A stretch of 64,000 nucleotides of DNA from Deltaproteobacteria bacterium. Lineage in GTDB: Bacteria; Myxococcota; B64-G9. The DNA is taken from positions 24 through 64,023 of the forward strand of contig JAUXGL010000002.1 of assembly GCA_030622135.1 (NCBI GenBank). Reading direction: 5' to 3'. The first letter of the stretch is position 1; every line of letters begins with the position of its first letter. Positions 39,862 through 50,037 of the stretch are shown here, piece after piece. The notes below the pieces were generated by a model. The model did not search any database and was not told the origin of the DNA. It was given only the letters and a program-made list of their open reading frames with translations. Made by a program: the position numbers and the translations under genes.

Positions 39862-41631
39862 TCAGATCTGTAGTTCGCGGACGGTTTCTTCCCGCGGCAC
39901 CCCGTCCTCGTCCCAGCCGCGCAGGCGGTAGTAGGGGTCCAGCATCTCGTCCAGCTTGACCAGGCGATTGCGGGAGGCGCCTTCCTCCAGTTTCTCGTTG
40001 AGAAACCGCGGAGGCAGGCTGTCGTCCTTTCTGGTGAGGCCGGCCTTGGTGTTGAAGAGTCTCTCCAGGGTATAGATGCGCTTGCCGATGGTGATGAGTT
40101 CCTCTTCGGTGAAGTCGAGCCCGGTGACCAGGTTGAGCATCTTTTTGAAGGTGTCGACGCCCATGGCGAACTGTAAAAAACGGCACAGGCCGAGCGAGTC
40201 CACGCAGGCGGAGATGTCCTGGAGCAGGACGACGATCTCCGCCTTGCCCGCCGTGGAGAACCGGTCCATGAAGCAGGGTTGCCCCAGGATCTCGGGGCCG
40301 ATGACATAAGCGCGCATGTGGCAACCTCCCCGGTTGGAGGTCGCGTAGGAAAGCGCCTGCCCCTGGACGCCGCGGGGATCGTAGGCGGGGAGCTCCAGGC
40401 CCTTGACCTGCATGGACAGCTCCGGTCGCTGGTACTTCTCGGAAAGCCGCTTGGAGCCCAGGGCCAGCTCGCCGCCGAAGCCGCGCCGGTAGGCGATGTC
40501 CTCTACCAGCCGCCGCACCCGCCCGGCGTCTCCCCAGGAGATCTTTTCGGGCAGCAATCCCAGCTCGGACAGCTCCATGGCGCATCCGATGGTGTTGCCG
40601 CAGGAGATGGTGTCCAGCCCCAGCTCGTTGCAGCGGTAGTTGGCTTCGGTGATGGACACCAGGTCGCTTACCAAAAGCTGAGCGCCGAAGGCCCAGACCG
40701 ACTCGTATTCCGGCCCCTCGCCCGCTTTATTGGGGGTCCGGGTCGTTCGCCCGCAGGCGATGGGACACCGGTAGCACGCGCTTTTGGCCTTCAGGATGGT
40801 CTCGGCGATCTTCTCGCCGCTGGTCCCCTCGGCGTCGTTGAAAACGCCTCGCCGGAAGTTCTCGGTGGGGTACATCCCGTGGGCGTTGATCACGTTGACC
40901 AGCACCGACGTCCCCAGGACTTGCAGCGACTTCCCGGTCACCGGGTTCTTGTCGACCAGCCGGTCGAGGAAGGCACTGAGCTCTCCCAGCCCTTCCGGGT
41001 CGGCGACTACGACATTCTGGGTTCCGTTGACCACCACCGCCTTGAGATTTTTCGAACCCATGACCGCGCCCAGGCCGCCCCGGCCGGCGGCCCGGTCCTT
41101 GTCGTTCATCACCGCCGCGAACAACACCTGGTTCTCCCCCGCGGGACCGATGCTGGCCACGGACGCCTTGGAAGAGGTCTCGTCCAGAAGCGCCCGCTTG
41201 GTCGCCGGGGTGTCCTTTCCCCAGAGATGGGCCGCGTCTTTCACTTCGATCCCGTCGTCGGTGACATGTAAATACCTGGGCTGGTCCGCCTTGCCGGTGA
41301 TGATGAGTCCGTCCAGGCCGGTTCGTTTCAGGGCCGCCCCGAAGGTGCCCCCCGAGCTGGAATCGCAGATGGTCGTGGTCAAGGGGGAGCGGGAGACGAT
41401 CTGGTAGCGGCCGCCGGTCAGCACCGCCCCGGTCAAGGGACCGGTGAGGAAGATCAAGGCGTTTTCTGGGGAAAGCGGATCGGTCTTCTCGTCGCAGAGC
41501 TCGGTGTACAGCTTTACCCCCAGGCCTCTTCCGCCCAGATAGCGTCTCCTGAGATCGTCATCGATCTCCAGATCCTCCTGCCGGCCCGTCGAAAGGTCGA
41601 TCTTTCTTATCTTTCCCATCCAGCCGTGCAT
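39862..41631 (-). CDS. Tungsten-type aldehyde:ferredoxin oxidoreductase (AOR family)
   Basis: AOR N- and C-terminal domain motifs are present (GKIRKIDLSTG…, DxxGxC Cys ligands CYRCPIACGR). The start was chosen at MHGWMGKI because an AAGAGG RBS precedes it; the ORF track extends to 41799. Confidence 0.85.
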   Translation of the reverse strand: MHGWMGKIRKIDLSTGRQEDLEIDDDLRRRYLGGRGLGVKLYTELCDEKTDPLSPENALIFLTGPLTGAVLTGGRYQIVSRSPLTTTICDSSSGGTFGAALKRTGLDGLIITGKADQPRYLHVTDDGIEVKDAAHLWGKDTPATKRALLDETSSKASVASIGPAGENQVLFAAVMNDKDRAAGRGGLGAVMGSKNLKAVVVNGTQNVVVADPEGLGELSAFLDRLVDKNPVTGKSLQVLGTSVLVNVINAHGMYPTENFRRGVFNDAEGTSGEKIAETILKAKSACYRCPIACGRTTRTPNKAGEGPEYESVWAFGAQLLVSDLVSITEANYRCNELGLDTISCGNTIGCAMELSELGLLPEKISWGDAGRVRRLVEDIAYRRGFGGELALGSKRLSEKYQRPELSMQVKGLELPAYDPRGVQGQALSYATSNRGGCHMRAYVIGPEILGQPCFMDRFSTAGKAEIVVLLQDISACVDSLGLCRFLQFAMGVDTFKKMLNLVTGLDFTEEELITIGKRIYTLERLFNTKAGLTRKDDSLPPRFLNEKLEEGASRNRLVKLDEMLDPYYRLRGWDEDGVPREETVRELQI

Positions 41632-41641
41632 AAAGCACCTC

Positions 41642-42481
41642 TTAATCATAGAACCGGTTGTAGGTCTCCAGGTGCTCGCAGGTGCGGCACCTCTTCTTGT
41701 AGTAGGTGTAGAGACCCTTGGGTAGCTTGTCGAGCTTGGCGTGCCGCGACGGACAATTGTGGCAGGGGATTTCCGGGAGAAGCCACGCCGACGGCGCAAA
41801 CTTATGCAGCGTGTAGCCCTCCAGGATGGCCACGCCCGCGCTGGTTCCCAGCCGGTCGGCTCCGGCCTGGATCATGCGCCAGGCATCCTTGAAGTTCACC
41901 ACGCCGCCGGATGCCTTGACGCCGATGTCCGGCCCGACCGTCCGGCGCATAAGCCTTACGTGATCCTCGAAAGCTCCGAAAGCCCCGAAGCCGGTCGAGG
42001 TCTTGACGAACCTGGCTCCGGCCTCCACTGCAAGCTCGCATCCCCTGACGATCTCCTCGTCGGTCAGATAGCAGGTCTCGAGGATTACCTTGACCGGGTG
42101 GGGTTGGCTGGCCGCAACCACCGCCCGGATGTCGTCTTGGACCCGATCGTACTGCTTGTCCTTTAGCGCGCCGACATGGATCACCATGTCGATCTCTCGC
42201 GCCCCCGCGGCCACCGCTTGCCGGGCCTCCTGCGCCTTTATCCGGCCGGGCGTGCTTCCGAGCGGAAATCCGACCACCGAGCAAACCAGCACATCGCTTC
42301 CCTGCAACAACTCGCTCGACAGCGGCACGTAGATCGGGTTGACGCAGACGCAGTAGAAGCAGAATGCCTTGGCCTCGTCGCAGAGGCTTTTTATCTTCTT
42401 TTCGCCCGAGTGCGATTTCAGCTCGGTATGGTCGATCATTCGGGCCAGCGATTCTCTGGTCAGTTGCATGCCTTGCTCCAA
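41642..42481 (-). CDS. deoC: Deoxyribose-phosphate aldolase (DeoC) with C-terminal Cys-rich (CxxC…CxxC) extension
   Basis: The DeoC Schiff-base region (…FVKTSTGF…) is present, followed by a tail of about 55 aa containing CHNCPSRH…CRTCEH. Confidence 0.8.
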   Translation of the reverse strand: MEQGMQLTRESLARMIDHTELKSHSGEKKIKSLCDEAKAFCFYCVCVNPIYVPLSSELLQGSDVLVCSVVGFPLGSTPGRIKAQEARQAVAAGAREIDMVIHVGALKDKQYDRVQDDIRAVVAASQPHPVKVILETCYLTDEEIVRGCELAVEAGARFVKTSTGFGAFGAFEDHVRLMRRTVGPDIGVKASGGVVNFKDAWRMIQAGADRLGTSAGVAILEGYTLHKFAPSAWLLPEIPCHNCPSRHAKLDKLPKGLYTYYKKRCRTCEHLETYNRFYD

Positions 42482-42635
42482 TCAGCCCTTGAGAAAAGGG
42501 GATAAACCTTGCGCCTATTCACCACCAAATCTCCCTCCTAACCTGTTGCTCGAACCTGCATTGGGTTTTCGCCCTAGGTTATTGAGACGTTACGAAACGT
42601 AGGGGCGCCAAAGGGAGATTGGGGTTTCATGGCGG

Positions 42636-43181
42636 CTACTTGGGTTTCTCCTGGAGAGCCTTCAGGGTACCGGCGATGGTTTTGAGCTCGTTGGGGCACT
42701 TCCGGGCGAAGCTCGCCTGGGCGGCGCCGAACTCCTGCATTACCGGACCCAGTATTGCCGCTGCTTGCTGGGCGATCTTCATTTTCTCCACGTCGGAGAG
42801 CTTCTCCTGGTCCTTGGCGGCTTCATCGCGCATGGCATTCATTTCAGCCTGGTTGTCTTCCAGATACTTGTTGAGAGCCGCCAAGCACTGGGCACAGTCT
42901 CCGGCGTTCTCGCTCATCGCTTTACTCATACCCTTGAGGTGGTGGGCGATCTTCTTCAGGTAGGCCGGGGCGTCGGCCGGGTCTACCCCCTGCTGGGCCG
43001 CCGCCAGGATTTTGGTGGCTTCCTCCGCCTTCTCGGCCGCCTCCGCGAGTGTCTTTTTCTCGGCGGACTGCGCGGTTGCCTCAGAAGGCGTCTCCGGCGC
43101 TTCGGTCTCCCGCTTGCATCCGGACCACAAAAGGCTCGCCGCAACCAGAATAGCAATCCACATTACCAAGAACTTTCTCAT
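42636..43181 (-). CDS. Hypothetical helical lipoprotein
   Basis: A signal peptide with lipobox (WSGC) and an Ala/Lys/Glu-rich helical body are present. Confidence 0.5.
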   Translation of the reverse strand: MRKFLVMWIAILVAASLLWSGCKRETEAPETPSEATAQSAEKKTLAEAAEKAEEATKILAAAQQGVDPADAPAYLKKIAHHLKGMSKAMSENAGDCAQCLAALNKYLEDNQAEMNAMRDEAAKDQEKLSDVEKMKIAQQAAAILGPVMQEFGAAQASFARKCPNELKTIAGTLKALQEKPK

Positions 43182-43273
43182 TTCTACCTCCTTCCAAACT
43201 GTATCGGACGCACAGTAGCGCATTTTACCAACGACTTCAAGCCGTGGGCAGGCGATTCAGGCGATCTTGACAG

Positions 43274-43915
43274 ATGCCTGCTGTCACGATAAGGGATATG
43301 TACGCGCAGAAGAAGGGGAAGCTCATGCGACTGAAGTTTGCGAATCTCAAGGGGATGGAGGTGCTGGCGGACAAGGAGGGCCGGTTGCTTGGCCCGGTTC
43401 GCCGGCTCCAGGTTGACTCCAGTCGCAAATCGGTCCTGGGGGTGGTGTTCAAGGCTCGGGGTATCTCCAAAGAGCAGTGGTCCAAGGTTTCGAAGATCGA
43501 CCGCATCGGTGAGGACGTCATCTACCTTCCCGACACGAAGGCGGTTCGCGACGATCCGCCCCTGGGACGCGATGTCAAGGATATGCTGGGCTTGTCGGTG
43601 ACTTCCCTGGACGGCAAGTTTCTGGGGGCACTACAAGACGTGATACTGGACACCGACAAATGGTCGGTGGCCGCCCTGGTGCTGGACAACGGCGGAGAGG
43701 TGCAGGTGGGATCCGAGTCCGTCTTCGGCGAGGACACCATTCTTTTGCAGAAAGGCGCCGCCGACCAGATTCAGCCCGGCAAGAAATCCACGCCCTCGGG
43801 ATTCTTGGCGCGGGTGTTTAGCTCCGAGGACGAGGAAATTACCTCCGAAATCGAAATCGTTCGGGAGCCCAAGAAGCCCAGCAAGCGGAAGAAGCGCAAG
43901 CCGGCGCGCAAGTGA
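43274..43915 (+). CDS. PRC-barrel domain protein (tandem paralog 1) with Lys/Arg-rich C-terminal tail
   Basis: Two PRC-barrel-like repeats are present (GMEVLADKEGRLLGPVRRLQVD…; GLSVTSLDGKFLGALQDVILD…). The tail is KRKKRKPARK. Confidence 0.6.
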   Translation: MPAVTIRDMYAQKKGKLMRLKFANLKGMEVLADKEGRLLGPVRRLQVDSSRKSVLGVVFKARGISKEQWSKVSKIDRIGEDVIYLPDTKAVRDDPPLGRDVKDMLGLSVTSLDGKFLGALQDVILDTDKWSVAALVLDNGGEVQVGSESVFGEDTILLQKGAADQIQPGKKSTPSGFLARVFSSEDEEITSEIEIVREPKKPSKRKKRKPARK

Positions 43916-43927
43916 GGAGGGTGCGGG

Positions 43928-44548
43928 ATGGTCAGGCAATTGCATGAAATCCAGGGGATGCAGGTGGTCGCGCTTCACGAGGGGCGCATCATGGGTTCTA
44001 TCCAAAAGGTATACCTGAACCCGGCCAAGAAGCGGGTCTCCGGCATGGTGGTTCGGGAGCCCGGCTTCGGCGGACAGGAAAGCTGGATCGACATCCGCGA
44101 CATCGAGAAGGTGGGCGAGAACGTGATCTTCGTTCCTCGCGCGGGAGCTTGCAAGGCCAAGAGCCCCGTGGGCCGGAGCCTCAAGAACCTGATGGGCATG
44201 CAGGTGACCGCCAAGGATGGCAAGATCCTCGGGTCGCTGGTGGACGTGGAGATCGACGAAGAGTGGTTGGTGGTGGAGATCGGCCTGTCGGAAGGTCGCC
44301 TGGTGAGCATCGATCCCCGCCACGCCGTCTTCGGCCAGGACGCTATCCTGCTCCGCGCCGGCGCGTCCTCCGACGTTCGCGAAGCCCCCCGCCACAAGAC
44401 CGGCTTTCTGGCCCGGGTCTTCGGGATCGAAGCCGTCGCGGAAACCGCCGACGCCATCTCCCGGGCGGAAAAGTCCACCACCACGGTCGCTCCGGCCAAG
44501 CCCCCCAACAAGCGGAAAAAGAAGAAAGTCCTCCGCCGCAAGCGCTGA
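43928..44548 (+). CDS. PRC-barrel domain protein (tandem paralog 2) with Lys/Arg-rich tail
   Basis: It has the same architecture and motifs as the preceding gene. Confidence 0.6.
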   Translation: MVRQLHEIQGMQVVALHEGRIMGSIQKVYLNPAKKRVSGMVVREPGFGGQESWIDIRDIEKVGENVIFVPRAGACKAKSPVGRSLKNLMGMQVTAKDGKILGSLVDVEIDEEWLVVEIGLSEGRLVSIDPRHAVFGQDAILLRAGASSDVREAPRHKTGFLARVFGIEAVAETADAISRAEKSTTTVAPAKPPNKRKKKKVLRRKR

Positions 44549-44664
44549 CGACTACAGCTCAGTGGGTCAAGGCTTCGATGCTGTGCTCCTTTTGCGCCTG
44601 CGTCCAGCGCAGCGCAACCATTCGGGTGTTTTAGCACATAAGCCTTCATCGTGAAGTGGGAGTA

Positions 44665-46359
44665 TTATTGGCCGAGGTGGGTTGGTGGCTTTGCCAGAAC
44701 CACCTGATTCCTACCGTTTTCCTTGCCTTCATAGAGAGCGTCATCTGCTTGTTTGATACATTCATCGACACCAATGGCTTCATCGTATGCACTGACACCA
44801 AAGGTCATATTGACTGCTAATTCGAGCTTTTCATGGTGAAATGTTTTATCTGCTATTTCACGTCTCATTTTTTCAGCCAATATTCCTCCACCGTCAAGCT
44901 CAGTCTCTGGAAGTAGAAAAAGAAACTCCTCACCCCCCCAGCGGCAGACTAGATCCTGCTTCCTCATCGTTTCAAGCATCAATTTAGCGATAGAAACAAG
45001 TACAAAATCGCCGGTTTTGTGTCCGTATTCATCATTGAAATTCTTGAATTTGTCTATATCACATAATATAAAGACAAAAGGTCTCTTATTCCTTTCGAAG
45101 CGTATCTTTTCCTGCTCAATACTCTCTAACATATCCCGACGGTTTGACAATTTTGTAAGCGGGTCGGTCCTCGAGAGTAGGTCCAGTTTTTTATTCATGC
45201 CAATTTTCACACGATACAGATAGAACAGGAAAATTACAATAGACAGAGTAACGAAAAGAAAGATAATCAACATCCTTCTTCTTGATTGTTCAATTATGTT
45301 GTCCTTTTTCAGCAGTTCAATCTCTTTTTCTTTCTTGTCGGATTCGTATTTTGCTTGCATCTCTGCAATCTTTTTACTGCTTCGTTCGGTAAAAATACTA
45401 TCCTTTACTTCTGAATGCTGTTTGTAAAATTCAAGTGCCTTTTTATTGTTACCCAATTCCGAATGAATCTCGGAGAAGTTATTGTAGATTTCTTGAGTTA
45501 TGTCTTTTGCTTCGATTTCTTTAGCCAATTTCAAACCCCGTTCCAGGTATGAAATTGCTTTATCATGCATCTTTAGTTCTCTATAGACGGATCCGATATT
45601 GGTCATTGAGGTGGCAACATCGAGTTTTTCCCCGATTTCTTCTGTTATTTTCAATGCTCTCAGGAAATACTCCAGAGTCATAACCGGATTGCCTAAATGG
45701 GAGTTGGCAATCCCAATATTGGTCAAAGTTTCAGATATACCTTTTTTATACCCGATCTCTTCTTTTATTTTCAATGATTTATTGTAATATTTCAAGGCTT
45801 TATTGTGTTTTTCCTGTTCCATGTAAACAAGTCCAATATTGTTCAAATAAGTCGCCAGTCCTTTTTTGTCTTCGATTTCTCTTGCAATTTTGATAGATCT
45901 TGTAAAGTATTCTATAGCTTTGTCGTGATTTCTCAATCTCCAGTAAATAAGTCCAATATTGTTCAAAGTTCTGCTAATCCCATTCTTATTATCAATTTCT
46001 TCAAATATTCTCAATGATTCAATAACATGTCCCAAAGCCTTGTCATAATCACATTTGTAATAATAGCCTATTCCGATATATCTTAGAGCCGTGGCTTCGC
46101 CTTCAATGTCTTTTAGTTTCTGCGCTAATTTCAAAGCCGCGCCGGCATGTTTTATGGCGTTTTCAAACGATGTTCCAAGATTAGCCATTGAAAGGTCATT
46201 TAAGACTTGAACCTTTTCTGTGCCGTGAACCGTTGGGAGCTTGCTCTCCAGTCGCTTGATTTCTTCATCAATTTCAGCCGCAAAAAGACACAACCCAAAA
46301 AAAGTTATGATGAGAACAATACCAAGGTGTAAATATTTATTAATATGTAGAGTTTTCAT
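44665..46359 (-). CDS. TPR-repeat membrane-anchored GGDEF diguanylate cyclase (AT-rich gene)
   Basis: It has a signal or TM sequence, about 8 TPR repeats, a TM helix and a GGDEF domain with the canonical RWGGEEF motif. The gene is markedly lower in GC than its surroundings. Confidence 0.85.
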   Translation of the reverse strand: MKTLHINKYLHLGIVLIITFFGLCLFAAEIDEEIKRLESKLPTVHGTEKVQVLNDLSMANLGTSFENAIKHAGAALKLAQKLKDIEGEATALRYIGIGYYYKCDYDKALGHVIESLRIFEEIDNKNGISRTLNNIGLIYWRLRNHDKAIEYFTRSIKIAREIEDKKGLATYLNNIGLVYMEQEKHNKALKYYNKSLKIKEEIGYKKGISETLTNIGIANSHLGNPVMTLEYFLRALKITEEIGEKLDVATSMTNIGSVYRELKMHDKAISYLERGLKLAKEIEAKDITQEIYNNFSEIHSELGNNKKALEFYKQHSEVKDSIFTERSSKKIAEMQAKYESDKKEKEIELLKKDNIIEQSRRRMLIIFLFVTLSIVIFLFYLYRVKIGMNKKLDLLSRTDPLTKLSNRRDMLESIEQEKIRFERNKRPFVFILCDIDKFKNFNDEYGHKTGDFVLVSIAKLMLETMRKQDLVCRWGGEEFLFLLPETELDGGGILAEKMRREIADKTFHHEKLELAVNMTFGVSAYDEAIGVDECIKQADDALYEGKENGRNQVVLAKPPTHLGQ

Positions 46360-46467
46360 GCCTGTAGCCTATGAGCATCTATCTGATTTGTCAACTTGCC
46401 CGCATGCGGCAAGTGGTTTCTTACGACCCATCTCGCCTGCGTCCGGTCTGGCCGTCTTGCCGGACGC

Positions 46468-48057
46468 TCAAGCGTCCGCGCGCTTGCCCAGGAGAAAGAC
46501 CGTGCCGGTCAGCAGTCCGGCGCCGATTAGCAATCCCACCCAGGCGTTGTAAAGGCCCAGGCCGCAGGCCAGGTCGCCGAAGAGCAGGCAGGTGCCGCCG
46601 ACCACCAGGGCGTAGGGGATCTGGGTGCGCACGTGATCGATGTGATCGCAAGAGGAGGCCATCGAGGACATTATGGTGGTGTCGGAAATGGGCGAGCAAT
46701 GGTCGCCCCAGACCGACCCGGCCAGGATGGAGGAGATGGTACCCAGCATAACCGCTTCTTGTCCCGGGGCCATCTTGTGGGCCAGCGGAACCACCAGGGG
46801 AAACAGGATCCCCATGGTTCCCCAGGAGCTCCCGGTGGCGAAGCTGACCAGCGCGGAGATGACGAAAACCAGGGCCGGCAGCAGGGCCGGGCTCAGCCAG
46901 CCGCCGATGGCCTGGATAATGAAGTCGGCCGTCTTCAGATCCTTGCAGACCGCCCCCAGTGACCAGGCCAGCACCAGGATGACCATGGCCAGCACCATGG
47001 ATTTTACCCCCTGGAGCCAGGCCTGCATGGCCTCGCGCAGGGTGCAGATCCGCTGCGCCATCGACATAAAGATAGCCGTCATGCCGCCGATCAGCCCGGC
47101 CCACAACAAGGCCTTGTAGGAGTCCGCCTGGGCAAAGACGTTTTTCAAGGAGGGCTCCAGCCCGCTCGATTGGCAGGCCGCCCGGCCGTACAGATACATG
47201 CCCAGCACGATGACGACGATCGTCGTCAGGATGGGAACCGCCGCGTTGATCCAGCGGCGCGGCTTGCCTTCGATCGGGGCCAGGCAGGCATCCTCGAAGC
47301 TGGCGGCGGGCTTGGCCCCGTCGGCGATGAGCTTCCCAAAAAGAAGAGCGCGTCGCTCGGCCTTGAGCATGGGACCGAAGTCGCGGCGGGTCGTGGCGAT
47401 GAGGAAACCGAACACGAGCATGAGGATGGGGTAGAAGCGGTAGGGGATCGTCCGGATGAAGACGATGTAGGCATCCCCCTCGATCCCCAGGGTCCGGTAC
47501 TGATCGGCGATCAGGCCGATCTCCATTCCGATCCAGGACGAGATGACGGCGATGCTGGCCACCGGCGCGGCGGTGGCGTCCACGATGAAGGCCAGCTTCT
47601 CCCTGGAGACTCTCAGCCGGTCGGTGATGGGCCGCATGGTGGGCCCCACCAGCAGCGTGTTGGCGAAATCGTCGAAGAAGATAGCCAGTCCCAACAGCCA
47701 GGTACTGGTTTGCCCCCGGCGGCTGGAGGTGGCAAACCGGGTCACCCCGTCGGCCAGTCCAGCCCCCCCGCCCGACCGGGCCACCACCCCAACCATCCCG
47801 CCGAGCATCAGGGTAAAGATGACCACGCTGGCGTGATCCCGGTCGGCCAGGGCTCCGAGGGCGTAGGTATCCACCGCCCGAAGCAGGCCGATGACCGGAT
47901 TGTAGCCGGCCAAGAAGAAGGCCCCCAGCCAAACGCCGGCCAGCAGAGCCACGATCACCTGGCGAAAGGCAACAGCCAGGCCGATAGCCAAAACCGGCGG
48001 CAACACTGAAATCCAACTGGACTCCATGATCCCCATCATACCCCAAGCAACCGCCAT
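46468..48057 (-). CDS. NhaC-family Na+/H+ antiporter
   Basis: A polytopic membrane protein with NhaC-like sequence throughout. Confidence 0.7.
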   Translation of the reverse strand: MAVAWGMMGIMESSWISVLPPVLAIGLAVAFRQVIVALLAGVWLGAFFLAGYNPVIGLLRAVDTYALGALADRDHASVVIFTLMLGGMVGVVARSGGGAGLADGVTRFATSSRRGQTSTWLLGLAIFFDDFANTLLVGPTMRPITDRLRVSREKLAFIVDATAAPVASIAVISSWIGMEIGLIADQYRTLGIEGDAYIVFIRTIPYRFYPILMLVFGFLIATTRRDFGPMLKAERRALLFGKLIADGAKPAASFEDACLAPIEGKPRRWINAAVPILTTIVVIVLGMYLYGRAACQSSGLEPSLKNVFAQADSYKALLWAGLIGGMTAIFMSMAQRICTLREAMQAWLQGVKSMVLAMVILVLAWSLGAVCKDLKTADFIIQAIGGWLSPALLPALVFVISALVSFATGSSWGTMGILFPLVVPLAHKMAPGQEAVMLGTISSILAGSVWGDHCSPISDTTIMSSMASSCDHIDHVRTQIPYALVVGGTCLLFGDLACGLGLYNAWVGLLIGAGLLTGTVFLLGKRADA

Positions 48058-48115
48058 GCCAACAATGTTCGTTCATGTCTGTACCCGATTGCCAGGTTTG
48101 TGCTAAGAGACAGTC

Positions 48116-49942
<1,827 letters not shown>

Positions 49943-50037
49943 CGCCGTAAGTACAATGGCTTATTGGGCGACGTGCCTTGTAGCCACCGAGTGACTCACG
50001 TTTATGCAACTGGCGGGTTCACGTGCTTATCTCGGTG

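Noticed and set aside
41632-41799. N-terminal extension of the AOR ORF (MRRRRGFSRK…)
   Set aside because: The extension overlaps the deoC 3' end and is Arg/Ser/Thr-rich. The AOR family N-terminus begins at M..GKIRKIDL, and an AAGAGG RBS precedes the Met at 41631.
48058-48115. Possible glmS ribozyme or riboswitch upstream of glmS
   Set aside because: The intergenic gap is only about 58 nt. That is too short for the roughly 150-nt or longer glmS ribozyme, and no conserved core is apparent.
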